Of a DNA stretch of 64,000 nt, positions 1-13,192 are shown piece by piece. Every line of letters begins with the position of its first letter. The stretch's first letter is position 1. The stretch covers positions 12,710,001 to 12,774,000 of the forward strand of contig CM022665.1 of the NCBI GenBank assembly GCA_012295275.1, written 5' to 3'. Under the pieces are notes generated by a model. That model was not told the DNA's origin. It did not search any database and was given only the letters and a program-made list of their open reading frames with translations. The position numbers and the translations under genes are program-made. This DNA comes from Chrysomallon squamiferum. Lineage: Eukaryota; Animalia; Mollusca.

Positions 1-971
1 AAACACATATAAATGTATTCATACATCCATATATAAATTAAACAGAACATCTTAGTTATTATTATTTGTAACTGCTCAAAGTTACAAAGACATATTTGCC
101 AAAACAATGACAAATTAACTAATTCAAAAATAATTTAAAAATTAAAAAAAAATAAAGCTCTGACAAGCAAAAAATATTTTAAAAACCCATAAAGAACAAT
201 AAGAAACATACAAACAAGAAAATTGTTTGTTTTTTTGTTTAATTAAAAATAAGTTTCCATTAATTGACAACCAACTTGTGTTCTTGAGCTTCAAAACTTG
301 TTAAATTTAAATTTCAAACCTAATATGCTTAAAAATAGATAAATAAATAAATAAATAATTAAATAATTACAATATTTTTCAAAAACTTAATTAAAAATAA
401 ATTTTCTCAACTCTAACAAATGTTTTGAGTTAAATTTAAAGATTTTCAATTAAAAGGACAATTAATAAGAACTTAAATATAGTTAACAATGACATGCAAC
501 AGTACAATACAATAAATAAACAAAATATAAATTGTAAATAACAAAATAAAAAATAAAAACAATATCTTCATAATTCTACCTGTACTTTATGAACTTTTTT
601 CTTCCTTTCCATTAAAGTTTTTTCTACTCTTCTTAATAAAAAAATAGTTTACCAAATTATTTTTTAAACTCCAAATTAATTTTAAAAATTATATAAAAAT
701 TTCAAATGTTGATCATGTAAATAATATTATTTTTTTAGGAAATAAATAATTTTAAATATTTTCAGCAGCTTAAACTGGATTGTACATCTAAGAAAATGTT
801 TTTCACTGCTATTTTAAAACAAAATAATTAAAAACTAATTAAATAAATAATAAGAAAAAATCACATATTATCTATAATTACCATCTTAGGAACTTGGGAA
901 GATGTAAACAATGGCTGTTTTAAAGATACTAATAAAAGAATAATGGTTTTATAAAATTCTAAATATATTAC

Positions 972-1038
972 CCATAATGCACTTCTTCATCAGAATCATT
1001 GAGCATGGACAATGCAGGGTTGTCTTTGAAATGAGTTT
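972..1038 (-). CDS. TMEM181: TMEM181 exon 13
   Basis: ETHFKDNPALSMLNDSDEEVHYG then donor gtaata. Confidence 0.88.
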
Positions 1039-4000
1039 CTGAAAGAAAAAAAGGAAAAATCTTATTAAATCTCTAGAAATATCAATGTATTAAAAAAAAA
1101 AAAAAAAACCCTATAAAATTAATGTTAATTAAAATTATAAAATCTCCAGACACATCAATTAGGCTCACACACAAACATGAAGATTAAAAAGTAAATTCAG
1201 AAGGAATTTTGATAATACAGACAAGAAAATTAATTAGTCATGTAACCAGAATTCAGAAGAATTAACAGAGAAATTCTAATGATCTAAGAAAATTCAGTAA
1301 GAAAAACACAATGTTAACTGGCATACATTAGAGTATATTTAATTATTTACCATACATAGCATTTTTGGATGGCGAGTATACAAAGGCCATGGTGTACATG
1401 TAGAAGTTGAGAAGACCATAGAACGAGACAAATTCAGCTGAGTTTTCGTAATTTGTTGACATTTCTGCAACGAAATTGTCTTGTAACACGCCACTTCCAA
1501 ACCTGAGAATGGTGATCGCAATGCTGATAGAAAGAACTATCAACATGAGTGCTGTCATGAACTTTAATCTTAAATCTGTAAGCAAAAATAAAAACAGTCA
1601 CATACTGAACATCTTGAAAAACCCGATTAGAAAATAAAATTAAAATAAAAAATAACACTTCCTAAAATATTTTTACATATATTTTTTTATAAACTCCCCA
1701 ACAAAACATTTATATATGTATCAAAATAATGAACAAAACACATCCTCATGTTGTGTAAAAGAACTATAAGTAAAATGAAAGTATCGGATAATTCATTTAA
1801 AACTTAATACTTAGAATCATGTCAGATATTCATTGACTTTTAAAATGTATGTGAGCCGGGTTTGATATTTTTATTAAATTGTACAAATGACAAATTCTGT
1901 TTAATCACATAACTATAAATTTTATTTCTTAGGTACTGAATAATTAATTAATAACACAGCAAATAATGTGTTGTACCATGAAATAAAATCTATCATAAAT
2001 TTTAATTTTTAAATAGAGTACGAAGAATATTAAAGATGTGACATGAATATATAGAATATTAAAACTTTTTTCAGTAATTAAAACTTACCAAAGTATGGCA
2101 TGGACCGAAGTTCAGCATAAGCCCGTATCAACAAGTAAGCCAAATACAACAAGTAAAGACCTCCAATCACAAAGAAAAATATTTTCAGTCCCTGAAAAAT
2201 ATGCACAAGAATTTGATGGCTAAATTCTTTACAAATTAAGTCAGAAATTCCAATAATAACTGATCAGTCCACCATTTTTACTGTATTATTAAGGAAAACA
2301 AATAATTTTTTATTTAATAAATAAATTTTAAAAAATTTGTCAATTATGTGACACTTGTGAAATTAAAAGCTACATCATAAATTTTACTTTCTTAAATAAA
2401 AAAAATTAGTAGTGTGCATTTCCGAAAACAGCTTAAATTGGCTTATTCTTACCTTTATTGCAAATATGTCTTTTTCTATTTTTATCATAATGATTTTGAA
2501 TAATTTATTTATTAAAATTCACTTTCTGAGCAAACATTCAAAACCATGTGAAAAGTTCATGTCTTAAGTACCAACCAAGAAGTTGTTGGTGTCCAGTCTG
2601 TAGTAGTATGTTGGATCTTGAAGCTCATTGTATTCCTGCCAAGAAGCTAGAGTCACTGCAGCAATCCACATCAGACCCACAATTAGAAACTTTGGCATGT
2701 AAAACTTCATAAACCGTCGATCAGTCTGTAAATTAAGAAAAATATATTGATGTTTAGTGACAAAATAATATAAAAATAAATTACTCAATGATTGAATTTC
2801 AAATAATATCCATATAAATTATGATTAAAAATAATACAAAAATCATAAAGCTAATATGCAGTGTAGATAGCTGTGCAAAAAAACAACAAAAAACTAAAAC
2901 TAAAAGAGGCAAATAAATGTGATAAACAATTGTACAAAATATACACAAATCATAATTATGATATAAAAATAAAAATCAGCATAATGAGCTGTGCAAAAAA
3001 TAATCAAACAAATAAATTTAAAATTATAAAAAAATGAATCATTATAATAATGTTTTAAATAAATACAAAAAAGAAAAAAAAACCAAGAAAGCAAATATTG
3101 AAAAAAAAACCAAAACATAATATAATGTATTTCCTGATACTCAAAAAGGCATATACTTAATTAAAAAAAATCATGAATACATTTATATCAATGTATTATA
3201 CCATATCTGCTAATTTACATTAGTTACACATGCATTGTTCAAATACTGCAAAATCTAATAATTCAAATTGGCTAAGTTAAGTACATTTTATCTACTTCAA
3301 ATTTATTAATTTGACATTTTCTCATTTTCTCGCCTTTAAATAAAATGAAAGACATGAGAAATACTAACCTGTCTTACTCCATGGTATATACACAACCAGA
3401 AAAGCAACAAGGCACAGAGGAATGATGCTTGGAAAATTCCATCAAACATGCCTGGAATCCAGCTGTTCACTAGAAATGTCAGTGGAAAAATAGGATCTGC
3501 AAGAAAATACAACAGTGTATTGAGTAATGCATTGTAGAAAGAAAAAAAATCATTTTGATTTGTGTTCAAATATTGATGACTTACGAGTTACTGTCTAAAA
3601 TGAATCGCATAATATGTTTTTGTTTTTTTTAAATTATCTAAAAATTTATATACTACAAAAATCTTTATTCCATGACCATAACAAATTTCTCAGTGAAATG
3701 CAAAAGAGAAAAAACTTTGGGCATGCAACATGAAACAAATATAATTATTTCTGTCTTTAAAAATAAATGTTCTTCAACTTAAGAGAATAAACTTAAAACT
3801 TTGAAGAATTTTAACAGTTTTACAATTTTGTACTTTATTTTTTCTCATATATAGACATTTTAAAACTATTCATATTTGAAATACACAGATTATGCCCAAG
3901 AGAAGAACTAAAATCTGTATTAGGAATTGGTTGTTTCATATTTGAATTCTTCAACTGATAACTTCTTAGAGGGAAGGATACAGTTGTAAAGAATTTTACT

Positions 4001-5167
4001 ATTGTATCATTTTAAAATTAGAGTGAATGGAAGTTAACGGTAAACTATAGTCACCCACCATTGTACAAAAGAAGTAAAGGAAGCAAAATGGACATCCACT
4101 TCTGTTCTATAGACCAGTCTCTCATAGAGAATTTTCTGAGAGAGTGAGCAAACATGCACTGCAAAACAATAATTAATTATTACTATAAACACTACATTAT
4201 CTTTATATACTATACAGGTGTGTGCTGAAGACATTAAGTTGACACATGCACATGCATTCGCACACAAACACATATATATAAACACACAGAGTAAATTCAT
4301 TATTTAATAAGACCATTTATTAAATTTACAACAGAATCAAAATTTATATGTACATGTATTTTAATGTGAACACATTTTACCAAAAACCTCACAGATAATT
4401 TTACTAAGATAATAAACTGAATAAACTTAACCAGTTTTTTTCTCTTTTTGTACCATAAAGGCAAACTTATTCTGAGAAGTTTTTCTGACAATGACAACAA
4501 CAAAATCAATAAACTTTTTCAAGGATGTTAAATTTTCATGAATTAAATATGTTTGTTAGAACTGTTAATAGAATGAAAACAAATGCACCAAGATGGATAA
4601 ATTATGTGGAAACTTACAGTGGCTAGAAAAGTAAGCACCAGAAAAACGAAGCGTATCCAGATTTCAATTTGTGTGAATGATGGATTATAACTCTTGAACT
4701 GAAAATATAAAACACTGATCAGTAATCAGAATCCTTTCTTACATACAATATAACTGAACAGTCATAAAATAAACTTTCAAAATTCTTAATTAAAAATAAA
4801 TAAAATAAACTCAAATTATAAATAAATATGCAGAATTCTTTATTAAACGAACTAAAATACATCTTAAGTCAAAAACAAGTTTATTAAATTCTTTGTTAAA
4901 CAGAATAAAATGAAATTTGAGTCACAGATATTCAAAATGGTTTAATAAATCCAGTAAAAAGCACTTTAGGGTAGAAACAACTTTAAAATTTATTAAAAGT
5001 CAGTGATTTATTGCAATTATTTATCTTCAAACCTTAGGCTAGGGTTTTTTGTGGGGTTGGGGGGTGTTTGTTTGTTTTTTTATTTTTTTTTATTTTTAAC
5101 TGCACTCCATATTCAATCATATTGTTTGTCAAAATCTGAATATGGCTCAGCTTAAGTAACTCAAGTA

Positions 5168-5208
<41 letters not shown>

Positions 5209-8200
5209 CATTATTCTATACATCTGTGACATATTTTATTTATTTTACCAAATATTTTATGACTATGCATATATATTAAGAATTACTCAAACCAGGCCTT
5301 ATGGTTCATATTCTTGGCAATTTATCAAAATACAGATACAAAACCAGTAATGAAAATAAACAAAATATCTGTAGAACTACTTAAGAAAAAATTATTAATA
5401 ATAATGTCTAAGTTGCTTTGTTTAACAATAACTTTTAAGATTTTTAGACAGAAATAAATCACTGAAAATGTTTTTATTATTAAAAAAAAAATTTCTCTCC
5501 ATTATGATTGTTATTACATCAATTTAAACTTTCTCCATAAGGACTTATATCAAATGTTTTTTCTTTTCTGTAATGTGATTTATTAACTTACGCTGAACTG
5601 GATGTCTTTAATGTTAAACTTTTTATCTTCCAGCCCATAAAAATACACATTGATGAGGTAGTTAGCATAGTCCAGGAAGCCAAGGTGAAGGACAATTAAG
5701 TCATCACAAACCTGAAAAACAACAAATCATTCATTAAATTTAATGGATCTGTTTCTATTTATTTGCAAAAACTAAACATTTGCTATACAGATGAAGCTAA
5801 AGAACATTCTGTAATAAACTGAAGAACTATGGATCCAATTTAGGAATAGTTTCTTCAAAATCCAGACATAATAATGTTTTGCTTTTTTTTCGTTTGATGT
5901 TATGGGTTTTTTAACAATATGGAAAAAAATAAAAATAAAAAAATAAAAAAATATGTATTTCATTTTATTTCTAACCACATTTTATCTCAAAACATTTTAT
6001 TTGGATCATGATGACCATAGAAACAAATATCAAGACAAGAATTAAAGAAAAATTTAAATAAATTCCAAATTGAATGGACTGGATTTTTTAAGCTATCCTA
6101 CATAGTATGAAAACTGTGTTAAATGTAATACTGATTGATTCCTACTGAAGTTTCATTCCTGATTAGTGAAATTTAATAACAAAACTTCTTATTCTTTTCA
6201 CAGAAAGTACTGTTTTTACAATTTCCCATTGGAACAACTCAAAAGATTCAGTGAAAATTATTAATCGAGTGAGCCATTTCGCATCAAACCAATACAATAC
6301 AATGTACTTAAGCCACTCAACCCCTCAAAGATTTTATGATGTAATCCATTTGCATAAAAGCCTCTTTTTTTTTAAATGTTTAGAATGTTTAGAACATGTA
6401 CTAGACCCAACTTATTTCATGAAACAAAGTAAATTTGTTTAATAATTTACTTATTTAGATGGCAAGATTTCTTGGTAACTGATACTGATGGGTACAGAAA
6501 TATTAGTTCTTAATATATATTATAATCCCTCTCTGCATACTGAAATTTACTCTTACTGGGAAACACTACACTTACGTTATTGTAATTATATCAAAATATA
6601 TTAATTACCTTGCTACATCTTAAAAGTCTTGACCTGTTGTGAAGATCACCATTCAGTTCAGGAGTGTCTGACTTCATCACACTCTGAACATCACCATTAA
6701 TGCCCTGAATTCGGATCCCCATTAAAAAGGGTTGTTCAAATCGACCACCTGATATAATAAAACAGGATCTTTTTAATATCATAAGCAGTATATGGAATCT
6801 TTAAAATGAATTGAAACTGAAGTTTAAATATAGTTAATTACAGAATGTCTGTGTGTGTGTGTGTGTGTGTGTGCACGCGTGCATACATGAGAACATGTGT
6901 ACATTTATGTATATGTATAAAACCACACATTTAATCGTTAATAATAAATTGTATTATTTTAAATATTACTGGGTTGAGGAATGAGTCATTGTGGTTCATA
7001 ATTGATTCAAATTTTGTTCCATTTCAGGGTATTAAAATGGAGTGTTGAGTTGAAAAAAAGGTGCATTTTCGACATTTGTTGCTATTTGATTAAATTACAT
7101 CTTGTTATCAATTAAGCTTAAGTTTTCTTCTATGTAATAATTAAATTTAATTTAACCACAATGACTTATTCCTCAACCCAATATATTATATAATTACAGG
7201 TAAGGTGCTGTAAATATTCTGTGCTCAGTACAAATGTGTGTGTGTGTGTGTGTTTGTGGATGGATGGATGGATGGGTGGGTGGGCAGGTAGGCAGAGTTA
7301 ATAACTGACTGACTGAATAACTGATTGACTGATTGATTGACAAACAGCTGTTTACTGACTGACTGACTGATAAACAGATGTCTTGTGATGCTATATTTAT
7401 ATGCAAACAAACAAATAAACCATTCAAACTGCAAACAAGGTTTGAATTCAGTTGCATGCATTTAGCTACAAATAATTCAAGGTGTTCATTTTCTGGATTA
7501 CTGGCTTTAACAGCCTATAAGCTGTGTGTTTTTAACTTACACTTTCTAAAAATTAATCAGGTATCAAAACATACATTTTTTTATTTATACTTATATATTA
7601 ATATATATTTGCCATACAAGTCAAAGAAGTCTTCATTATTCTGTAAAATGATACAAAATGTGTAACAAATAACTGAGTATATGCCTACCTCCTTTATTAT
7701 CTGTTGTGATGGTAGCTGTAAGCCAAAGCTGCTGATGAAATGTAGACATTGGTGGTGATTTGAGATGAAAGGGGCCAGCCTGAAGAATAAAATATATATA
7801 AATTATGTCACATGTGGTATATCTATGTGTGTGCATTTGTGTGCATGTTTATTTTTTGTTTGTGTGTGTGTAACAACAATAATAAAACTTAATAATACAG
7901 ATATTATCTAATGAAAATATAAGGCAATTCAGTTATGTTAATTAAAAACTGCGTTTATTAAAACTAACCAGTGGGGCTAAAAACTTAGATAATAATAAAT
8001 TTTATAATTATAACTATGTACTTGGTTTAATAGATCAATAATCTTAATTAATGGATAAAACATTTTGGGAAAAAGTTTAAAATAAATAAATAAATAAACA
8101 TTTCTAAGCTCAGAAATACCTTACATTTAAATTGTCAGGTTTTGGAATTAATGTGGAACCATTTTTCACCACAGATTCAACAATGTGAGGGCCTGAAGAG

Positions 8201-9340
8201 GAAAAAAAATTATGATAACAAACAGTAAAATTTCCAGGTCAAAGCATTCTCCTAGACAAATTTTTCAAGAGTTAAGAACAAAAATGTTTTTAAAAAGATG
8301 TTATTACCTGCAACACCTACAAGGACACTTATTCCAAAGCACAAGAAAAACACAATGAAGACGAGAACAAACTGACGTTTATTAAGTGCATACAGACGCA
8401 TCTGCACAGATCTGGAATAACAAAATTTAAAAAATAAATTTAGATAATTCATAAATGTTTAAAGATTATTAACTTTTACATATATGTAAAACATATAAAA
8501 AAATGTATTTCATGAAAAAAATATTTGTTAATCTGTGTAGACATGTTTTTATGATCTTTTGATGTTTGCATTAGCAGCACAAAAACAAATATCAGCAAAA
8601 TATTAAGTAAATCTCTGCTGACAATGCATAACCTAATGTGCAAGATTACCATTTATTAACAGCAATAAAATTATTTCATTAGCAATTATAATTAATTATA
8701 TCTGTTTCATGTGACTTTCTTGCAAGAGCTGGTTAAAGTAATTTGTATCAATGGATACCAGGACAGCAATAACTGGAATTAGAATAGGGTTTTCGTGTAA
8801 TACTAATAGTAACAGAAGTCATCATACAGTATGATAGTAATCCAGTGGATAAAATTATAATAAATTCCGCACATTAACTTTAACTACTATTGCTTAAAAT
8901 TAATATCATAATAATAATAATTAAATAAGATCATGTTGCCACGTTCTGTAATAAGCGCCGAAAAACGGTAGCTCTTAATTATATCAACTGGAAATACACT
9001 GTTTTCACTGTCTTATTATTAATCACAGCACGATGACATTATACATTTAGATTACTTAATAATTATATAATCAATTATCAAAACAGACTGGCAATGACAA
9101 TCAGTAATACTGAGTTTTATTGTCTGAAAATGTCACCGTTGTCAATAACTTGGTTAGTTGGTAGCATTCGATATCCAGATTCAAGACATTAATTTGGTTC
9201 GTTATTTTTTTTTTTGCATAGTTTGAAAACACATATATGACATGATACATACTATAATGCTAAAACTGCATTAGATATTAATTAAAATGCATAATTTAAA
9301 ATAATAAAAAAATGACTCACGCTTCGATTTCTCTTGCCAT
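972..9340 (-). CDS. TMEM181: Transmembrane protein 181 (Wntless-related membrane protein), 13 coding exons visible; terminal exon not found in window
   Basis: Phase-consistent GT-AG exons: 9321-9340, 8308-8411, 8125-8192, 7689-7779, 6609-6748, 5592-5711, 4618-4698, 4059-4158, 3369-3496, 2576-2725, 2089-2191, 1351-1575, 972-1038. Peptides MRLYALNKRQFVLVFIVFF, WSIEQKWMSILLPLLLLYNDP, SAEFVSFYGLLNFYMYTMAFVYSPS and FKDNPALSMLNDSDEE match recalled TMEM181 motifs. Confidence 0.93.
1351..1575 (-). CDS. TMEM181: TMEM181 exon 12
   Basis: DLRLKFMTALMLIV...AFVYSPSKNAMY. Confidence 0.92.
2089..2191 (-). CDS. TMEM181: TMEM181 exon 11
   Basis: GLKIFFFVIGGLYLLYLAYLLIRAYAELRSMPYF. Confidence 0.9.
2576..2725 (-). 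CDS. TMEM181: TMEM181 exon 10
   Basis: TDRRFMKFYMPKFLIVGLMWIAAVTLASWQEYNELQDPTY. Confidence 0.9.
3369..3496 (-). CDS. TMEM181: TMEM181 exon 9
   Basis: DPIFPLTFLVNSWIPGMFDGIFQASFLCALLLFWLCIYHGVRQ. Confidence 0.92.
4059..4158 (-). CDS. TMEM181: TMEM181 exon 8
   Basis: CMFAHSLRKFSMRDWSIEQKWMSILLPLLLLYN. Confidence 0.92.
4618..4698 (-). CDS. TMEM181: TMEM181 exon 7
   Basis: FKSYNPSFTQIEIWIRFVFLVLTFLAT. Confidence 0.9.
5592..5711 (-). CDS. TMEM181: TMEM181 exon 6
   Basis: VCDDLIVLHLGFLDYANYLINVYFYGLE. Confidence 0.88.
6609..6748 (-). CDS. TMEM181: TMEM181 exon 5
   Basis: GRFEQPFLMG...HNRSRLLRCSK. Confidence 0.85.
6969..7181 (+). mobile_element. Internally deleted mariner (Tc1/mariner) element / MITE in a TMEM181 intron
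   Basis: TIR tgggttgaggaatgagtcattgtggtt (6970-6996) matches the reverse complement of 7154-7180 at 26/27 nt; TA on both flanks; internal ATG at 7037 reads MEC*VEKKVHFRHLLLF, like a mariner transposase N-terminus. Confidence 0.85.
7689..7779 (-). CDS. TMEM181: TMEM181 exon 4
   Basis: AGPFHLKSPPMSTFHQQLWLTA. Confidence 0.88.
8125..8192 (-). CDS. TMEM181: TMEM181 exon 3
   Basis: PHIVESVVKNGSTLIPKPDNLN, phase-consistent. Confidence 0.8.
8308..8411 (-). CDS. TMEM181: TMEM181 exon 2
   Basis: SVQMRLYALNKRQFVLVFIVFFLCFGISVLVGVAG, AG/GT bounded. Confidence 0.9.
9321..9340 (-). CDS. TMEM181: TMEM181 first coding exon (MAREIEA)
   Basis: ccaacATGG start context, donor gtgagt, phase fits next exon. 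Confidence 0.7.
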
Positions 9341-9400
9341 GTTGGCAAATTGCAGTGTTTTGGTGGCTTTCAAGTAATTAAAATGCGCATGTGCGGAAGT
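9335..9400 (-). promoter_or_regulatory. TMEM181 housekeeping-type proximal promoter motifs
   Basis: NRF1-like tgcgcatgtgc next to ETS/GABP-like cggaagt (9384-9400); YY1-like AACATGGC over the ATG. Confidence 0.5.
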
Positions 9401-9725
9401 TGGTGTTATTGAGCAAGTGCTCGGGAAATCAAGCGGGGCTTTCTCAAAACATAAACAATATATATCGATCGTGAATCAATAAACATTGCACATAGTTGAT
9501 GCCTGCATTAATTTTATTTTTATGAAAATGATTTTGTTTTCTCTCCTCTGAAAAATAAATATAATTATATTGTGTTTTTTTGTTGTTTATTTTCACTTTG
9601 AGGAAGAAAGAAAACAAAAAATTAAGTACGTTTTAGATTTATTGTTGTATGGTGTCATACATAATTATGGTTAAGGGCTGTATTACATACATAATAGAAA
9701 TCCGCTGTTGCCTTGCCAAAGGACA

Positions 9726-9765
<40 letters not shown>

Positions 9766-12700
9766 TAAAATGTTATCAAGATAATAAAAAATAAAAAAAA
9801 GTAGATGAAAAAAGTGAGAGAGAGAAAAAAAATCAATTATGGTTGGTCGATAATTGTAATGGCTTTGCACATAAGAAATCCATTTGTAATCCATGTTCCA
9901 TAAAAAGGAACATATGCAGTTTTATCAATAATAATTAACAATAATTTTTACTATAGTGGGTTTGAAAACGATTTTTATTTTCCGTTTTAAATCAGGTTTT
10001 GCACTGTTTAACCATTAATAATAAACTGTATTGGAGTGTTTTTAAATAGATATTGCGTCATTATTATATCATATAATTACAGGTAATGTGCCGACAGTAA
10101 CTATGAATATTCTATGCTGACCGTAAGTAACCTATACTGTGGATATCCCAACAATAATGTACAACTAACGCTTATAATCGTCGCCTTAATAACCGAAATG
10201 TCGCTAATCACTTATTTTTAACAATCAAGATTACTGTTATAGATGCACTGTTTTACAGAGAATATGTTTATGAAAGAAAGATAAATTATAAAAATATTAC
10301 TGATTATCCGGAATTAATCACTTTAATTTTATTTATAATTTAAACACTTCACACGCTCTAGTATTTAACTTGTTATTGAGCTGTCCACTGCTCTGCTGAC
10401 GCGTGTGTATGGAAATGAACGAAAGTAATTATGTCCTTGTAAACGCAAACATAACTGTCACCTGCAGTTGTTTCTGACCAACATTTGTAAGCCGTTAATG
10501 CATTAGTTCACTTGTAAATTGACTAAACAATATTCGTCATCTGATTTCTTAGTGTAAAATATATGTATAAAAAATGGAAGCAGTTCCATTATTTTAAAGA
10601 AAGAAAGAAAAATAATGAATGAACGAACGAAGTACTTAATATTTCATTAATTTTAAGACCTTGAATATGTTTTCTGTATTTTATTTCCACAATTCTAAAA
10701 TTTATAATCGCAAAATTACGCAGGCATTTTCCATCTACACTTTATATTGTATTCAAACTGATCATCAGAGCAGAAGCAACGGATCTTTTATATTCACTTT
10801 CTAACAGAAAAGAATCTTCAACTGTGTTTGATATGCCAATCGCGGAGTACTGGCTGGAACGTTAAATTATCCACGATAATATCGATGAGGATTTTTATTT
10901 CTAGCCATCGCTTTTAAGGCGAGCGCACGGAGTTATGGACGATAATCGATACTGTATTATATTAAATATTTAAATATTAATATACACTGTTTGTTGTTAT
11001 GACCATTATAATATACATTTTCTACCGATATAATAAAGTGTATAGTCAATTTTAGTTTTTGTTTTAAATACATTTAAAATAAAATATAGAAAATGTATTC
11101 AGTAAACACATTTTGAACCTATATAAAATATGGTATTCGGATTAAACTGAATTGTAGAATAATGTATAATGATGTTGTTTTATTTCAAATTCATCTTAAT
11201 AAATATCAATATCAAAAAACAATTACAACTAATTAAAAGAAATATGTCATTTACATTGACAAAACAAGAATATGAAAAAAATATTCAACGGAAAATATAT
11301 TATTATTTATGGAACAATTTCATAATAAAAATACATATTTAGTAGGGAAACATTCAATACTGCTGCATCGCTGACCAATAACTATTTCGAAAATTAAAAA
11401 AAAAAAAAATACTGTTTATAAACAGTTTGTAATTTTTTCTTTTCTTTTCTTTTTTCAGTTTCCCCAGGCCATATGACGTCATTCATTCGTTTACTGAGTA
11501 CGCAGCCAAAAAAAATAAAAAAAATAATAATACAATTTTAATGGGTTTGTAATAAAATGTATTAGTATACACTAACATGAACATTTAAAATAATAATAAA
11601 TGCACAAATATTATACTTGCCTTTCACATCTGTCATGATGATAAGTGGGTGCAAGATGTCTCGCAAAAGCACTGAAATAATCAGAAAACTGAGACAAGAA
11701 AGCTCGTACTCTGTTTGACCAGCCTGGGGTGGAAAAGGCAAACGAATAGTTATCCATTTTAAGAAGAATATTGTTAATCTGTTACAGATGGTTGTATAAT
11801 ATTCTTGCTTCGGTTATCAGACAACTCGTTCGTCTGCTGTTCGCCATTTTGCTTTACATGGTTCCTGCATACATTAAGTTATCGAGGACAAAAAATTCTA
11901 TCGATAATTCCGGTTCCAAAGACTGGCAGGATTTCTGTGTTTATCGATCTGTATATGATGGCCGTAATTGTTACATTGCGTTTGATTGGCTGACTTTTCA
12001 CGGAGCTTGGAAACTGATACATACGCGGTAATCGCCATAAAATGAATGATGTCAGCGGTTTTTGATAATCAAAATTGAGTGTGACATATGTCAGTTAGAT
12101 AACCCTATTGTGTAGTCTGTAATTAATTTCATGGCCAGTTATGGGATGGGACAGTTGTAGTTATTTATTACCTGAACATTAAAATAGCTGATACATCTTG
12201 TTTTACATACACTATAGTAAGACATAAATAATGATAAATGAAATATAACGAACAATTAAACATCAAATGTTTTAATTTATCCTATAAATTTTAATTTACA
12301 AAATTTTGGAGTTTGTATAACATGCATGCTAATATACATATACAGTGTATAGACATCAGTTTAATACAGAGGTTTTCAAACAATAGTTTATAATTAACAG
12401 TTGATGCCTACCCCTTGCATATTAGCTTCAGTAATTTGATAAAACATAATAAAAATTATAATTTAAAATAATAATAATAAATAAATAAATAAATAATAAT
12501 AACATATTTAAAAAAAAGAAGACGAGAGAAACACTTCAAGGTCGTTTGCGAGGGTCGGGCGAGGATGATTATCATTCTTTAAGTAGACTTCTCTATAAAT
12601 ATTGCTTTTACTTTTTACATCCGCCATTACAGAATTTTCTTGCGTATCCCGCAACTCAGCTGTATTTGACATGTTTACTGCCACTAATTTAATAAATGAA

Positions 12701-12892
12701 TATTGTCAAAGTATGGTGTATTATCATTTCGCTATCTTTTTGGTTTCCATGATACATAACCAAATATTTTCTGCACCTGTTATTATATATTGTATTATGT
12801 TTATTAACGCCTAATATTTATGGTAAAATTTGCTGTTGTTGCATTTAATTTAATCCTCAGTAGTTTTATTTATTATTTTTTGTTGATGTAAG

Positions 12893-12934
<42 letters not shown>

Positions 12935-13114
12935 GAGCGCATTACTATATTTTTTCTACTGATACTAATATGTATTCATTTATTCATTCATTAATACCAT
13001 TAGTTTTAAAGTAAATAATATTTGTGATTTCCTGCTTTGTTTTGTGACAGGTATTTTTTGTTTTTTAAAATCTACTTACATCTACATACCATATACATAG
13101 TAGTTGAAAGTATC

Positions 13115-13118
<4 letters not shown>

Positions 13119-13186
<68 letters not shown>
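13119..13186. repeat. (TA)n microsatellite
   Basis: Uninterrupted AT dinucleotide run. Confidence 0.95.
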
Positions 13187-13192
<6 letters not shown>

